Assembly (NCBI GenBank): GCA_963716725.1
Contig: CAVQUB010000034.1
Span: 119,281 to 183,280, forward strand
From: an uncultured delta proteobacterium
Lineage (GTDB): Bacteria > Myxococcota_A > Polyangia > Polyangiales > Polyangiaceae
Reading direction: 5' to 3'
DNA: 64,000 bases
Position numbers and translations under genes: made by a program. Below are positions 20,596-29,915 of this stretch, piece after piece. Within the stretch, counting starts at the first letter, position 1. Every line of letters starts with the position of its first letter. The notes beneath the pieces were generated by a model, which saw only the letters and a list, made by a program, of their open reading frames with translations, did no database searches and was not told the DNA's origin.

Positions 20596-21387
20596 CTACG
20601 CAGCGAGCAGCGCTTCCAAGTTGGTTCGATCTGAGAACGGCTGAAGCGTGCTGTACTGCTCAATCCGTTTGAGATCCTCGTCACGATAGACACGGTTGAT
20701 GTCAACGCTGTCGTCCAGCAAGGTCACTCGGCTCTCTGTCGCGCCACCGGCATTGAGATCGTGCCACTTCCGGAAGACTTCGTTCGCTTGCACATGACCC
20801 GAGGAGGTCATGCGAGAGAAGAGCGTTATGATCGCCGAACGGGTGGATTTTCCGGTAACCACGAAATCAACCGGAACGGGGCCGAACTGGCCGCTCAGTT
20901 GAATGGACGGCTCATACTGCAAACTCGCGTCCGAAAGGAACTCTTCGACGTCCTCGTTGAACGGGCTTTGGAGTTGAAGGCGCTTGGTGAAGAGCAGGTC
21001 TGACATTCTCACGCACGCCTGGCCCAGGAGGACGATCCCTTCCTGCAACGAATCGTCCGTGGGCGTAACCGGCAACTCGAGGGCACCGCCGCGGAGTGAA
21101 GCCCCGTAGAGATCGATTGCTTGTTCAAGCTGGGTTCGCCGCTTCTTTGAAGTCCACGGCTGGACGTCGTGGTCGAGGAGAAATGCCATGGTCTGGCCGA
21201 GGTCGCTCAGGCGCATCGGGGGCAGAAGCGGTGCGCTGGGCTCATCAACGACGAAGACGTCGACGGACGAACCGTCGGGATAGAGAAACCCAGTCTGGAT
21301 CCGGATGTGCCCCTTGGGGAGCATGTCGACCTGCCTGACCATGCAGAGGTCAGCAATTGTCTTGGCGAGGGCTGGCGCGTTTTGCAT
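20596..21387 (-). CDS. DUF1828-like protein with C-terminal restriction-endonuclease-like domain
   Basis: IQTGFLYPDGSSVDVFV and RLSDLGQT (DUF1828-like); VPVDFVV in the C-terminal domain. Confidence 0.7.
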   Translation of the reverse strand: MQNAPALAKTIADLCMVRQVDMLPKGHIRIQTGFLYPDGSSVDVFVVDEPSAPLLPPMRLSDLGQTMAFLLDHDVQPWTSKKRRTQLEQAIDLYGASLRGGALELPVTPTDDSLQEGIVLLGQACVRMSDLLFTKRLQLQSPFNEDVEEFLSDASLQYEPSIQLSGQFGPVPVDFVVTGKSTRSAIITLFSRMTSSGHVQANEVFRKWHDLNAGGATESRVTLLDDSVDINRVYRDEDLKRIEQYSTLQPFSDRTNLEALLAA

Positions 21388-21399
21388 GATCGAAGCTGA

Positions 21400-21825
21400 T
21401 CAAGGGACCTCGAAGGTCCCGTTGTGATTGATGTTTGCCGCAGCGCAGAAGTCCGCAAAGACGTCTTGAATGGTTTTGCCGGAGAGGTCCGCCCGCGTCT
21501 GTACGCCATCTCGAAGGTTCCTGGCGACACTGTGGTCGTCCTGAACAGAGTGTTTGTGGGAGCGCCCGGCAGATCCGTGGCAGGCCCCATCGACGTCGAG
21601 ACGACAGATCGGTCCTTCGCCAATCAGAGTGACGTTGATCGTCTTGGCGCCAGTCTCGAGATTGTAGTTGACGTTCATGACGATGTTCACGCCGCTTGGG
21701 TTGGTGATGGGGATGCGCGAGGCGGTGAGCAGGGGGTGGGTAGCCGCCTTTTCGACGAGCTTTATGTCGACATCGATCGACTTGCCGGACAAGTCGCGCA
21801 GCGCACGGAAATCTGGGTTGTTCAC
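21400..21825 (-). CDS. Small hypothetical protein upstream of the DUF1828-like gene
   Basis: GPICRLDVDGACH...HKH...FADFCAAANI; 12 bp from the next gene; GTG start assumed. Confidence 0.65.
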   Translation of the reverse strand: MNNPDFRALRDLSGKSIDVDIKLVEKAATHPLLTASRIPITNPSGVNIVMNVNYNLETGAKTINVTLIGEGPICRLDVDGACHGSAGRSHKHSVQDDHSVARNLRDGVQTRADLSGKTIQDVFADFCAAANINHNGTFEVP

Positions 21826-21840
21826 GCTTCGGTGATCCCG

Positions 21841-21869
21841 AGCGTACCTGCTCGCCACACACTCGTCCA
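21841..21869 (-). promoter_or_regulatory. Putative sigma70 promoter for the two-gene cassette
   Basis: TGGACG-17 nt-TACGCT on the minus strand. Confidence 0.35.
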
Positions 21870-21994
21870 TATTGCGCCAGGGCCGGATGAAGTGTGGACT
21901 TGGACAGGACGGCGTGCCCCCGCAGGCGCACGGAAGCAGGCGCAACGACCGGCGGCGCCTGGCTTCGCTTCGTCCACTGACCGCGTCCGCGGGG

Positions 21995-22993
21995 TCAAAC
22001 GATCATACGCTTGGTTTCGCGGTCCCAAGAATCAATCACCCCCGCGTAGGGCAACCTAACGTCGTTGACATCCTCCAGCGCTAGCAAACGAACACAGTTC
22101 TTTCCACGTTCCTGCCTGGGCATCAGGCGCCCCAGCCCTTTCCATCCGGCGGACTGCAGGGTGTTGTTGCACGCGCGGCGGATCACAGACGCCAAAACGT
22201 CAACCATTTGAATGCCCGTTACCCGGTGCGACGCGCAAAACTTCATGTCGCTCAAGAGAGCGTCAATGTCCACGTAGGTGAACGGTCCGTCCGGGCCAGA
22301 GACGCGCTCGCGAAGATGCTCAGGGGGCTCGGCTCTCTGGCCCATGTACCGCTGGAAGGCCGAGTAGTCAGCGCCCTTCATGCAAGCCAACGGGGTTGAG
22401 AGCGACTGGGTTTGTAACAGGGGGCCGACAATATCTTGCCAAAGCTGCTCGTGTCGCGTGGGAGTTACATCCTTTGCGTCGAGTCGCCAGCAGAATCTGC
22501 CAAGGGCCTTTGGAATCCTCTGGCTGTAGTAGAGAGTCGAAGCGGCAAGCACGGAATGCATCAAGGTCGTGAGCAGCACGGATTGGACATATAGTTGATC
22601 CGACAGGCTGCGCACTCGCGCCGCCAAACCTTCGAGTCGAGCTCGCACGGTTGATGCCATCGCGGGTGTCACGCTCGCGAGGATCTTTACGGCCTGCTCT
22701 TCCTTGTGGGACGAGATGCCTTGCCCGGTATGTATGCCCATGTCGATCACGGTCGCGATCAGAAGGATATCCAACCGCCGAATCGTGCGGATCACCTCCG
22801 CCATCTGCGCCTCCAAGAGTTGGCTTCCCTTGACCTCGCGGCCGCCGACTTTCCAGGGCTTGGTCACCCGGCGGAACTTCCGAAAGAGCGTTGTCGCTAG
22901 ACTCTCGGGAACAACCAAGGCCGCGACGCAGGAGACCGCATTCGGTCTGGGCGGTATCTGAAAGGCACCTGCTTCGTCGATGAAGATGTACAT
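21995..22993 (-). CDS. DUF3800 domain protein
   Basis: N-terminal YIFIDEAG, EVKGS, C-terminal GIQMVDVLAS. Confidence 0.8.
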   Translation of the reverse strand: MYIFIDEAGAFQIPPRPNAVSCVAALVVPESLATTLFRKFRRVTKPWKVGGREVKGSQLLEAQMAEVIRTIRRLDILLIATVIDMGIHTGQGISSHKEEQAVKILASVTPAMASTVRARLEGLAARVRSLSDQLYVQSVLLTTLMHSVLAASTLYYSQRIPKALGRFCWRLDAKDVTPTRHEQLWQDIVGPLLQTQSLSTPLACMKGADYSAFQRYMGQRAEPPEHLRERVSGPDGPFTYVDIDALLSDMKFCASHRVTGIQMVDVLASVIRRACNNTLQSAGWKGLGRLMPRQERGKNCVRLLALEDVNDVRLPYAGVIDSWDRETKRMIV

Positions 22994-23084
22994 CGTCGAT
23001 GCTGTCCTCACCTTGAGTCCGACCGAAGGTTCTCGGGAGCACCACGCGGCGATGAAGCAAGGGCGTTCATGTACGGTTCGGCCG

Positions 23085-23833
23085 GTCTAACTGGCGTTCT
23101 CCCTCGAACGCCGGTGGCAATGTTAGCGGAAGACACCGCCGCGGGCACCAGCTCAGCGACCCAGCGCCTCCCGCACCCGAGCGAGCGCCTCCGGCAGCGC
23201 ACGCTCGACCAGTTGCGCTTCCAGCCGAAGCACGCGGTAGCCGAGCGTCGTAAGCCTGCGGTCGCGCCGAGCATCCGCCGCGCCACGACCGCGGTGTGCG
23301 CTGCCGTCCACCTCGATGATGAGCCGCCGGGCGGGCACCACGAAGTCGGCGATGAATTCCCCGACCACCACCTGGCGCCGCACCTCGACTCCGAGTTGGT
23401 GCGCGCGAAGCACGCGCCACAGCGCGGCCTCCGAGGCCGTGGGCGCCGCGCGCATCGCTGCGGCGCGGGCGGCAAGGAGCTGTTGGCGGCGGAGCTGTTG
23501 GCGGTCGCGAGCGAGCATGGTTCCTCCGAGGCCCGGCGTGGTGGGCGGGCTTCGCGGCCCAGGGCGCACGATCTGTGACACGCCGCCCTTTGCGCTCGCT
23601 CGGAGGCGCCGGCTCTCGTGCTCAGTGCGTCGCGCCTGGTGAAAACGCGGCGTGGCGCAGAGCGTGCGCCGCTGAGCGGAGCCCGACCGCCGCGCCGGGC
23701 CGAGGCCCACCCGGCTCGCATGCGTCACCTCACCGGGAGCGCGACAACCACGCGAACGCGTCCCCCTCAATCGCGCTGCGCGCGATTGGGGGGGGACCGC
23801 CGAGCGCAGCGAGGCGAGGGGGGGCAACCCGAG
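23085..23833 (-). mobile_element. DUF559 module copy 1 (half attC + ORF + about 310-nt leader)
   Basis: Near-identical to 24963-25724. Confidence 0.8.
23153..23518 (-). CDS. DUF559 (Vsr-like) endonuclease, copy 1
   Basis: MRAAPTASEAALW...RRQ...IADF...IEVDGSAH...DARRD...LGYRVLR; GGAGG SD. Confidence 0.9.
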   Translation of the reverse strand: MLARDRQQLRRQQLLAARAAAMRAAPTASEAALWRVLRAHQLGVEVRRQVVVGEFIADFVVPARRLIIEVDGSAHRGRGAADARRDRRLTTLGYRVLRLEAQLVERALPEALARVREALGR

Positions 23834-23912
23834 TGCCGAATACCGAGGAGCCGATCGCGCGGATGCGGAGGAATCTGGGGATTGGGGGGTGAGGGGCGGG
23901 CGGGGGTGACGG
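23833..23912 (+). repeat. Diverged purC 3'-end copy (VPNTEEPIARMRRNLGIGG*)
   Basis: Aligns to 19352-19430. Confidence 0.9.
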
Positions 23913-24212
23913 TGCCCTGGCTCCGGTGGCTGGGGATCACATGGTCTCAACGGATTCCAGCAACCTGCCCTGGAAAGAGAGCGGTGCGGCGAGTTCGCCC
24001 GGCCGACGCGGCACGTGGCACCGGCCGGGCAGAGGGCGGCACCGGATGAGCGGAAACTGACGAGCGGCCGCGAGGTCGACGCGGAGGGGACTTGCGTCGG
24101 TTGGGGGTGCGATTCGGCCGGCAGCGCGCAGACCGCTGCACCGACCAGGAACACGAGCAGCACAACGCATCTGACACCAGGGCTTTGGGCGTCTTGGGAA
24201 TGTGTTCAGACC

Positions 24213-24296
24213 GGAGAACGATCTGGCTTTCACCTGCAGGCGACCGAAGGAGCGCAGCGACCGACGGCGACTCTCACGTGCAACAGCATATTAGGC
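24213..24296 (-). repeat. attC site (84 bp)
   Basis: Minus strand GCCTAAT-atgctgTTGCAC...GGTGAAagccagatc-GTTCTCC right after the stop of 24304-24924. Confidence 0.7.
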
Positions 24297-24303
24297 CGTC
24301 TCC

Positions 24304-24924
24304 CTACTGGGATGAGAGTTCTTCTGCGTAGCGTCCAGCTGCGATCCTCCGCGCAGCGTGAGCGAGGTCACGGAGAAGATCGGCAAGCTCATCCCAGCTC
24401 AGTGAGGTCTTGGCGCAGTGGAGCCCGTCGTTGGCGAGCCAGAGAGCTTGTGGGTGACCTTCGGGAAGCTGCTCTGGAAGGTAGTGCTTGCTCAAATTGT
24501 ACAGCTGATTGAGTCGACTTGCCGGACTCTCGTCGCTCTTCTCGAAGAGGCGCTGGCCCGTGACTCGCGCGCCCACATCGAGACCCTGGTAGAGCGTCGC
24601 CAAGGCATGCTCAAGGTGTGACAACGCTTCGAAGTAGACACCAACTCCGCGGGACTTCGTCTTGTCTCCGCTCAAGTACTGGTTCACCGCGTCGACCCCC
24701 GCATCGTGCGCGAGTATGCTGCTACTGCTGCGCCTGATTACAGCGAAGGCGAGTTGCGTTCCCCTGGGGCTGCATGGCGCGCTGAAGACTGAATTGAGGA
24801 CGAACTGCTGTAACCAGTGGGCGCCGTCCGCGAACTCGTCCCGGAGCGGCTTCGCCGAACAGGCGCCCAAGAGCGAGAGTTCCTGTGAAACGAAGGTATC
24901 GAGAGCAAAGTTGCTGAGCGGCAT
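24304..24924 (-). CDS. Hypothetical cassette protein (helical, possible HEPN-like)
   Basis: Clean ORF bounded by attC-like sequences; RLNQLYNLSKH. Confidence 0.7.
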   Translation of the reverse strand: MPLSNFALDTFVSQELSLLGACSAKPLRDEFADGAHWLQQFVLNSVFSAPCSPRGTQLAFAVIRRSSSSILAHDAGVDAVNQYLSGDKTKSRGVGVYFEALSHLEHALATLYQGLDVGARVTGQRLFEKSDESPASRLNQLYNLSKHYLPEQLPEGHPQALWLANDGLHCAKTSLSWDELADLLRDLAHAARRIAAGRYAEELSSQ

Positions 24925-24962
24925 CGCTTCTTCTGGCCCAGGGACCGCGGGATGTGGAGTCA

Positions 24963-25724
24963 GCTAACGATCGCCCTGGCTGGCGTTCTCCCTCGAACGC
25001 CGATGGCAATGATAGCGGAAGGCACGGCCGCGGGCACCAGCTCAGCGCCCCAGCGCCTCCCGCACCCGGGCGAGCGCCACCGGCAGCGCGCGCTCGACGA
25101 GCTCCGCTTCCAGCCGAAGCACGCGATAGCCGAGCTTCGCGAGCTTGCGGTCCCGCCGAGCGTCAGCGGCGCGGTGTGCGCGGTGTGCGCTGCCGTCCAC
25201 TTCGATCACGAGCCGCACGCAAGGCACGACGAAGTCCGCGATCAGCCCGCCGTTCACCACCTGGCGGCGCACTTCGACTCCGAGTTGGTGCGCGCGAAGC
25301 ACGCGCCAGAGCGCGGCCTCCGAGGCCGTTGGCGCGACACGCATCGCGGCGGCGCGGGCGGCAAGGAGCTGTTGGCGGCGGAGCTGTTGGCGGTCGCGAG
25401 CGAGCATGGTTCCTCCGAGGCCCGGCGTGGTGGGCGGGCTTCGCAAGCCTTGGCGCACGATCTGTGACACGCCGCCCTTTGCGCTCGCTCGGAGGCGCCG
25501 GCTCTCGTGCTCAGTGCGTCGCGCCTGGTGAAGGCGCGGCGTGGCGCAGAGCGTGCGCCGGTTAAGCGCAGCCCGCCCGCCGCGTCGGGCCGAGGCCCAC
25601 CCGGCTCGCATGCGTCACCTCACCGGGAGCGCGACAACCACGCGAACGCGTCCCCCCCAATCGCGCGCAGCGCGATTAAGGGGGGGACCGCCGAGCGCAG
25701 TGAGGCGAGGGGGGGCAACCCGAG
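24963..25724 (-). mobile_element. DUF559 module copy 2
   Basis: Same half attC, ORF, leader and GCAACCCGAG boundary as copy 1. Confidence 0.8.
25042..25407 (-). CDS. DUF559 (Vsr-like) endonuclease, copy 2
   Basis: LIADF...IEVDGSAH...DARRDRKL..LGYRVLR. Confidence 0.9.
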   Translation of the reverse strand: MLARDRQQLRRQQLLAARAAAMRVAPTASEAALWRVLRAHQLGVEVRRQVVNGGLIADFVVPCVRLVIEVDGSAHRAHRAADARRDRKLAKLGYRVLRLEAELVERALPVALARVREALGR

Positions 25725-25846
25725 TGCCGAATACGGAAGAGCCGGTTGGGAGGATGCGGAGGAATCTGGGAATTGGGTGAGGGGCGGGCGGGGCTGACGG
25801 GTGGGGGATCCCCCCGGTCGAACACCCCGCTGTCTGGTTGGCGATT
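25724..25846 (+). repeat. purC 3' end + downstream copy, near-identical to resident
   Basis: 1 mismatch in 123 nt versus 19352-19474. Confidence 0.95.
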
Positions 25847-25983
25847 GAGGCGTTCAGCAGCGAACGCCGAGAGTCATCGCAGCAGACCGCGCGCTTGCCG
25901 CAGACAGCGAGGGCGTCCGCGACGCGCGACGGACGGGGAAACTCGCCTGGCCGGCGTTCGGCGGGTGCAACGCCAAGTTAGAC
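25837..25983 (-). repeat. attC-like site; R'' GTCTAAC overlaps the TAA of 25978-26370
   Basis: GCGAACGCCG...CGGCGTTCGGCGGGTGCAACGCCAA-GTTAGAC. Confidence 0.75.
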
Positions 25984-26370
25984 AGCGCCAGTGAGCTCCT
26001 TGTAGCGCCAATAGGATTCGAAAAAGGCATCGTGGAGCATGGCGCGGTCGTCGTCGTCGGTAGGTTCAACTAGATCCAGCCCAAGCCAGTCCGCGCAGGG
26101 GACGAGTTCCGGATCGCCTACGCCGTCGATCAAACAGAACAAGCGGAAGATCGTTGTCGCACACGCATCGGCAACGACCTTCTGGAGGGCCGAGTGGGCG
26201 TCCGGGGACAAGCCCAGCGTCTGCAGTGCACGGAGTTCCGAGTCGGACAGCACGGGCTCCGGCGGGTAGCCGACCTTGGCGGAAGCGCGCCCCAGACCCT
26301 CGACCGCCTCGCACGCGGCGTCACGAATCAATCGGTGGACTTCGACGAGGAGAGCATCACGAGGGGTCAT
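25978..26370 (-). CDS. Hypothetical cassette protein
   Basis: ORF fills the cassette; ends MLHDAFFESYW. Confidence 0.7.
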   Translation of the reverse strand: MTPRDALLVEVHRLIRDAACEAVEGLGRASAKVGYPPEPVLSDSELRALQTLGLSPDAHSALQKVVADACATTIFRLFCLIDGVGDPELVPCADWLGLDLVEPTDDDDRAMLHDAFFESYWRYKELTGAV

Positions 26371-26385
26371 GAGGAACGCCCGGCT

Positions 26386-26551
26386 GTATAACGAGAGTGG
26401 CGTTCACTCGCGAACGCCGGAGGACATCGTAGCAGAGCGCGAGGCGTGGCAGAGGCGGGCGAGTGCCGAAGACAGGGAGGGCGCCCGCGACGCGGAACGG
26501 ACGGTGAAGTCGGCAAGGCCGGCGTTCGACGGGTGGGACGGCAAGTTAGAC
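26386..26551 (-). repeat. attC site (166 bp)
   Basis: GTATAAC...GTTAGAC with internal inverted repeat CGAACGCCGG/CCGGCGTTCG. Confidence 0.8.
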
Positions 26552-26569
26552 AGCCCTCGCGCCGCTCGT

Positions 26570-26917
26570 TCACTCCGCCGGCGCGTCCGTTGCCCCGGCG
26601 TCGCAGGGGTTGAGGCTGAGGCTGCTGCTGGTGAGCGTGCAACTCCATGTCCCGGTCGGGCAAGAACAAGCGTACTGCCTGAGCCCCGTCACGTACTGCA
26701 CTCCGGGTTCGCAAAGAAACTGGACCGAAAGCGAGCAAGCGGCGCCGGTGACGCACCCACCGTTCAACAGCTGGTGGACGATGGCGCCATCCGCGGGACA
26801 GCTTGGATCGATTGGAGTTGGCGCGGCATCAGGACCCTTTCCGGTCGCGGAATTGTCGTCTGCGCAGCCGGACAGAAGCAGCGCAGGAATCGAGAGGCGG
26901 CAGATCAGGGAGCGCAC
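26570..26917 (-). CDS. Cys-rich lipoprotein (cassette)
   Basis: Lipobox LLSGC; CSCPTGTWSC. Confidence 0.7.
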   Translation of the reverse strand: MRSLICRLSIPALLLSGCADDNSATGKGPDAAPTPIDPSCPADGAIVHQLLNGGCVTGAACSLSVQFLCEPGVQYVTGLRQYACSCPTGTWSCTLTSSSLSLNPCDAGATDAPAE

Positions 26918-26936
26918 TGAACCTTCCCGGTGGCCT

Positions 26937-27101
26937 GTATAACGAGACACACGTTCACCGGCGAACGCCGAGCGTCAAGTCGTCAGTCGGCAAGGCGCAA
27001 CAGACGCGGGCGAGTGCCGCGTCAGAATGTTCGCCCGCGGAAGCGGAACGGATGGTGAAGTCGGCACGACCGGCATTCGGCGGGTGCAACGTGAGTTATG
27101 C
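26937..27101 (-). repeat. attC site (165 bp), near-identical to 32088-32252
   Basis: GTATAAC...GTTATGC. Confidence 0.8.
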
Positions 27102-27152
27102 CGCTCTGCGAAGCGCCTCGACCGACTGCACATGAGTTGTCAGAATCAACGG

Positions 27153-27325
27153 ATGATTGCCGAGACGGTCGTCCTTGTCGGTGCCGGCGTGGTGGCCAAC
27201 GGCTGGGATCCAGTGATCGCCGCGCTGCGGCGCACGTACTTCCCCGACATGCGTTCGCCGGAGGCCGCCAATTTCGCGATGGCGCGGTTCGTGTACGCGG
27301 CCCGGCTGACGCGCCCTGGGGGCGC
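27153..27325 (+). pseudogene. Truncated ORF with a SIR2-like N-terminus
   Basis: TVVLVGAGVV...W motif; ends at the IS junction. Confidence 0.3.
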
Positions 27326-28017
27326 AACGTAGCGCGCACCGAGTTCCTGCGCCTTCGCCAGGACCTCGAAAATGTCCGCTTCGCGGTCCATCACGTGAAT
27401 GAGCGCGCTGCCGGGGCAGCGTGCATGGACGGCCTCGAGCATGGCCGGCCAGCGCAGTGATTCGCGCTCGGGGTCTCTCCGACTGACAGACCGGCGGCGC
27501 CCGCGTCCACCCTTGTGTACGAGGCGGACGTGTCGCTGTAGACCCAGAACTCCGAGTGGCACTCGCTCCTCGCCGGGAAGCACGGCCAGCGCCACGTGTG
27601 CGAGAAACCCCTGGCTGCCGCCGGACGTGACGCCCAACCCAGCTCGCCGACTGGCGCCGCCGAGTGATACTTCGGTCGTATCGTGCGCGACGATACACAG
27701 GCCAGCGGAACTCACACGCTCCACCGTCGCCGACAGGTGCGGGTCAAGGATCTGCTCCGCGTCGAACTGCTCGTTGCCCAGGAATCGGTAGACACCCCCA
27801 AGCTCGGACGGAGTGTCGACAGCCTGCGGAAACCCAACACCGGGCGCCGCCATCAGTTTCTCAGCGAGCCAACCGAGCCTGTCACTGCGCCGCTTATCGC
27901 CGAGCTGAGAGCCCTCGAACTCGTCCGAAATCGACCGCCCTAACCATTCTGTTGCCGGCATTTCTCCCGTAGATCACACGCGCCGTCCGCTCGCAATGAG
28001 ATGTGTATGATCTTGAG
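27325..28017 (-). mobile_element. IS4-family (IS50/Tn5-like) remnant: one end + 5' half of transposase (ATG at 27961)
   Basis: EFEGSQLGDKRRSDRL, HDTTEV, HVMDREADIFE; end sequence CTcaagatcATACACATCT (minus strand 28017-27999) matches the Tn5 end core ATACACATCT. Confidence 0.85.
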
Positions 28018-28084
28018 CCGAAGGGGTGGGACTTCCAAGGGTCGTGCTCGGCGAGCAAGCGCGTGATGGCGACCCGGGTCGTGG

Positions 28085-28175
28085 CGACCTCGGCCCTCTC
28101 CAAGAACGCCGGCCAATTCTCCTCCACCGTCTGGTAGAGCACGGTGCTCTCCGGCCGCTGGCGAGTGCGCGAGCG
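28085..28175 (-). pseudogene. Fragment of an IS91-like transposase N-terminus
   Basis: RQRPESTVLYQTVEENWPAFLERAE. Confidence 0.5.
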
Positions 28176-28396
28176 GACCGGCGGTGCGAGAGCGTGTGCG
28201 CCGAAGCCCAATTCACGGCCGCATCAGCGAGCGGCGTGCCAGGTGGGCGGACCCGAAAAGTCGGGTGGATCTGCTCGCCGCAATTGGGGAAGCGGCGAAG
28301 TCAGGTGGCGATCGCCACCTGGACTCGCAGCGAAGGCCGAGACAGACCGGCGAATACGCGATGCTCGGAGCCGCCGCCCAGAACGGCTGGGCCCGT

Positions 28397-28454
28397 CCCC
28401 CCCATTCGCGCGACAGCGCGAATTTGGGGGGGACCGCCGAGCGCAGCGAGGCGA
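28397..28454 (+). repeat. REP-like hairpin of the DUF559 module (isolated copy)
   Basis: CCCCCCCATTCGCGC-gaca-GCGCGAATttGGGGGGGACCGCCGAGCGCAGCGAGGCG. Confidence 0.75.
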
Positions 28455-28902
28455 CGACCCTGGGAAGTCCCTGACGAGGGAGGGGGGGCAACACAGGTCG
28501 GAGGCGGATGGGTGAGAGGGCGCGGCAGACGGTCGGCGGTCGAGGGGTGCAACGGCCGTACGTGGCGTCGCGCTGTCCGGCGCATTCAAGGCGGAGCTCG
28601 ACCTGTCCATCGGAGCAGTCGGCGATTGCAGACACGGCAGCGTGGCTCAGGACCAGATCCCCAAACGCGGGCAATTCCGCGGGCGTTGGGCACCAGGAGT
28701 TGGAAGCGTGTTCAAGCTCGAGGCCCCCGCATGTCCCGCCGGCAACGTGACCACGAGCGCGTTCACGAGACTCCCGCTTCAGCCGGCTCCGAATCTGTCC
28801 TGCCCCTGATCGGCCGAGGACTTCTGGCCGGCGCGAGGCAGATCGACAACCGTCAGCATCCAAGTCACGCTGGCCCAGCTCCGAGCGTCTCACGACGGTT
28901 GG

Positions 28903-29868
28903 TTGGCCTGCGCCATGCGAGCTTCCTCTTCCACTTTGAAATCCCAATGGATTGGCGCTCTGCGGCTAGACCCTGCGCAGCATCCGCAGGCACGGGCGCA
29001 TCTGAGCGCTGCCAGTGGCTTGGTGCGATCGGGCCAGACGCTGTTTGTGTTGGCCGACGACGAGCTGCACCTGGGGTTGTTCGAAGACACCGTCGCCGCT
29101 GGCACGCCACCTGCGCCCGGAGGGTTGTTGCAGTTGCTGGATGGCGATTTGCCCGGAGACGCAGCGCAGCGCAAGAAGGCCAAACCAGACTTTGAAACGC
29201 TGGCCCACTTGCCAACCTTGCCCGGCTGTGGGGGCGGCGCGCTGCTGGCGTTGGGCTCGGGCTCCAAGCCCAACCGCGAGATGGCCGTGCTGCTGGCGCT
29301 GGCTGGTCCCGGTCAACTCAGTGGGCGCAAAGCCACGGTGTCTTTGTCTGCTTTGTATGCGCGGCTGCGCGAGCAGTTTTCCGATTTGAATATCGAGGGC
29401 GCGTGGGTGGACAGTGGCGACCTGCATTTGCTGCAGCGGGGCAACAAGGGCGATGCGCGCAGCGCCTGCATCCGATACGACTGGGAGATGACTGCGCCCT
29501 GGCTGGCAGGTGCGCGAGCACAGCCACCCGCCATCAAGAGCGTGCAGGTGCTGGACTTGGGGACCGTGGACGGGGTGCCGCTGAGCCTGACCGACGGTGT
29601 GCCGCTGCCGGGCGGTGACTGGCTGTTCAGCGCGGTGGCCGAAGACACTAGCGACAGCGTGGCAGACGGTGCCTGTGTGGCATCGGCATTGGGGGTGGTG
29701 GCCGCAGACGGCCAGCTGCGCCGCCTGACGAGTCTGCTGGGCGCGCCCAAGGTGGAGGGGATTGCGGTCCAGACCGAGGGTGATGACTGGCTGGTGACGA
29801 TGGTGACCGACCCCGACGACGCGGCCGTGGCCTCGCAACTCGCGGCCGTGCGCCTGTCCCGCATCTAG
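28903..29868 (+). CDS. Hypothetical beta-propeller-like protein (DUF6929-like), atypical codon usage, 5' end probably lost
   Basis: [24 protein letters not shown] motifs. Confidence 0.65.
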   Translation: MACAMRASSSTLKSQWIGALRLDPAQHPQARAHLSAASGLVRSGQTLFVLADDELHLGLFEDTVAAGTPPAPGGLLQLLDGDLPGDAAQRKKAKPDFETLAHLPTLPGCGGGALLALGSGSKPNREMAVLLALAGPGQLSGRKATVSLSALYARLREQFSDLNIEGAWVDSGDLHLLQRGNKGDARSACIRYDWEMTAPWLAGARAQPPAIKSVQVLDLGTVDGVPLSLTDGVPLPGGDWLFSAVAEDTSDSVADGACVASALGVVAADGQLRRLTSLLGAPKVEGIAVQTEGDDWLVTMVTDPDDAAVASQLAAVRLSRI

Positions 29869-29915
29869 TTCCCCAGCGCGATGAGCTGAACGGACAGGAC
29901 GCTGCGGTTCGCCCT

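Noticed and set aside
23153..24163. 336-aa N-terminally extended DUF559 protein
   Set aside because: The extension reads through the non-coding leader and purC repeat; SD + ATG at 23518 is conserved in the other copies.
28213..28947. 244-aa minus-strand ORF
   Set aside because: Runs through repeat and attC-like DNA with no recognisable protein features; probably decayed cassette sequence.
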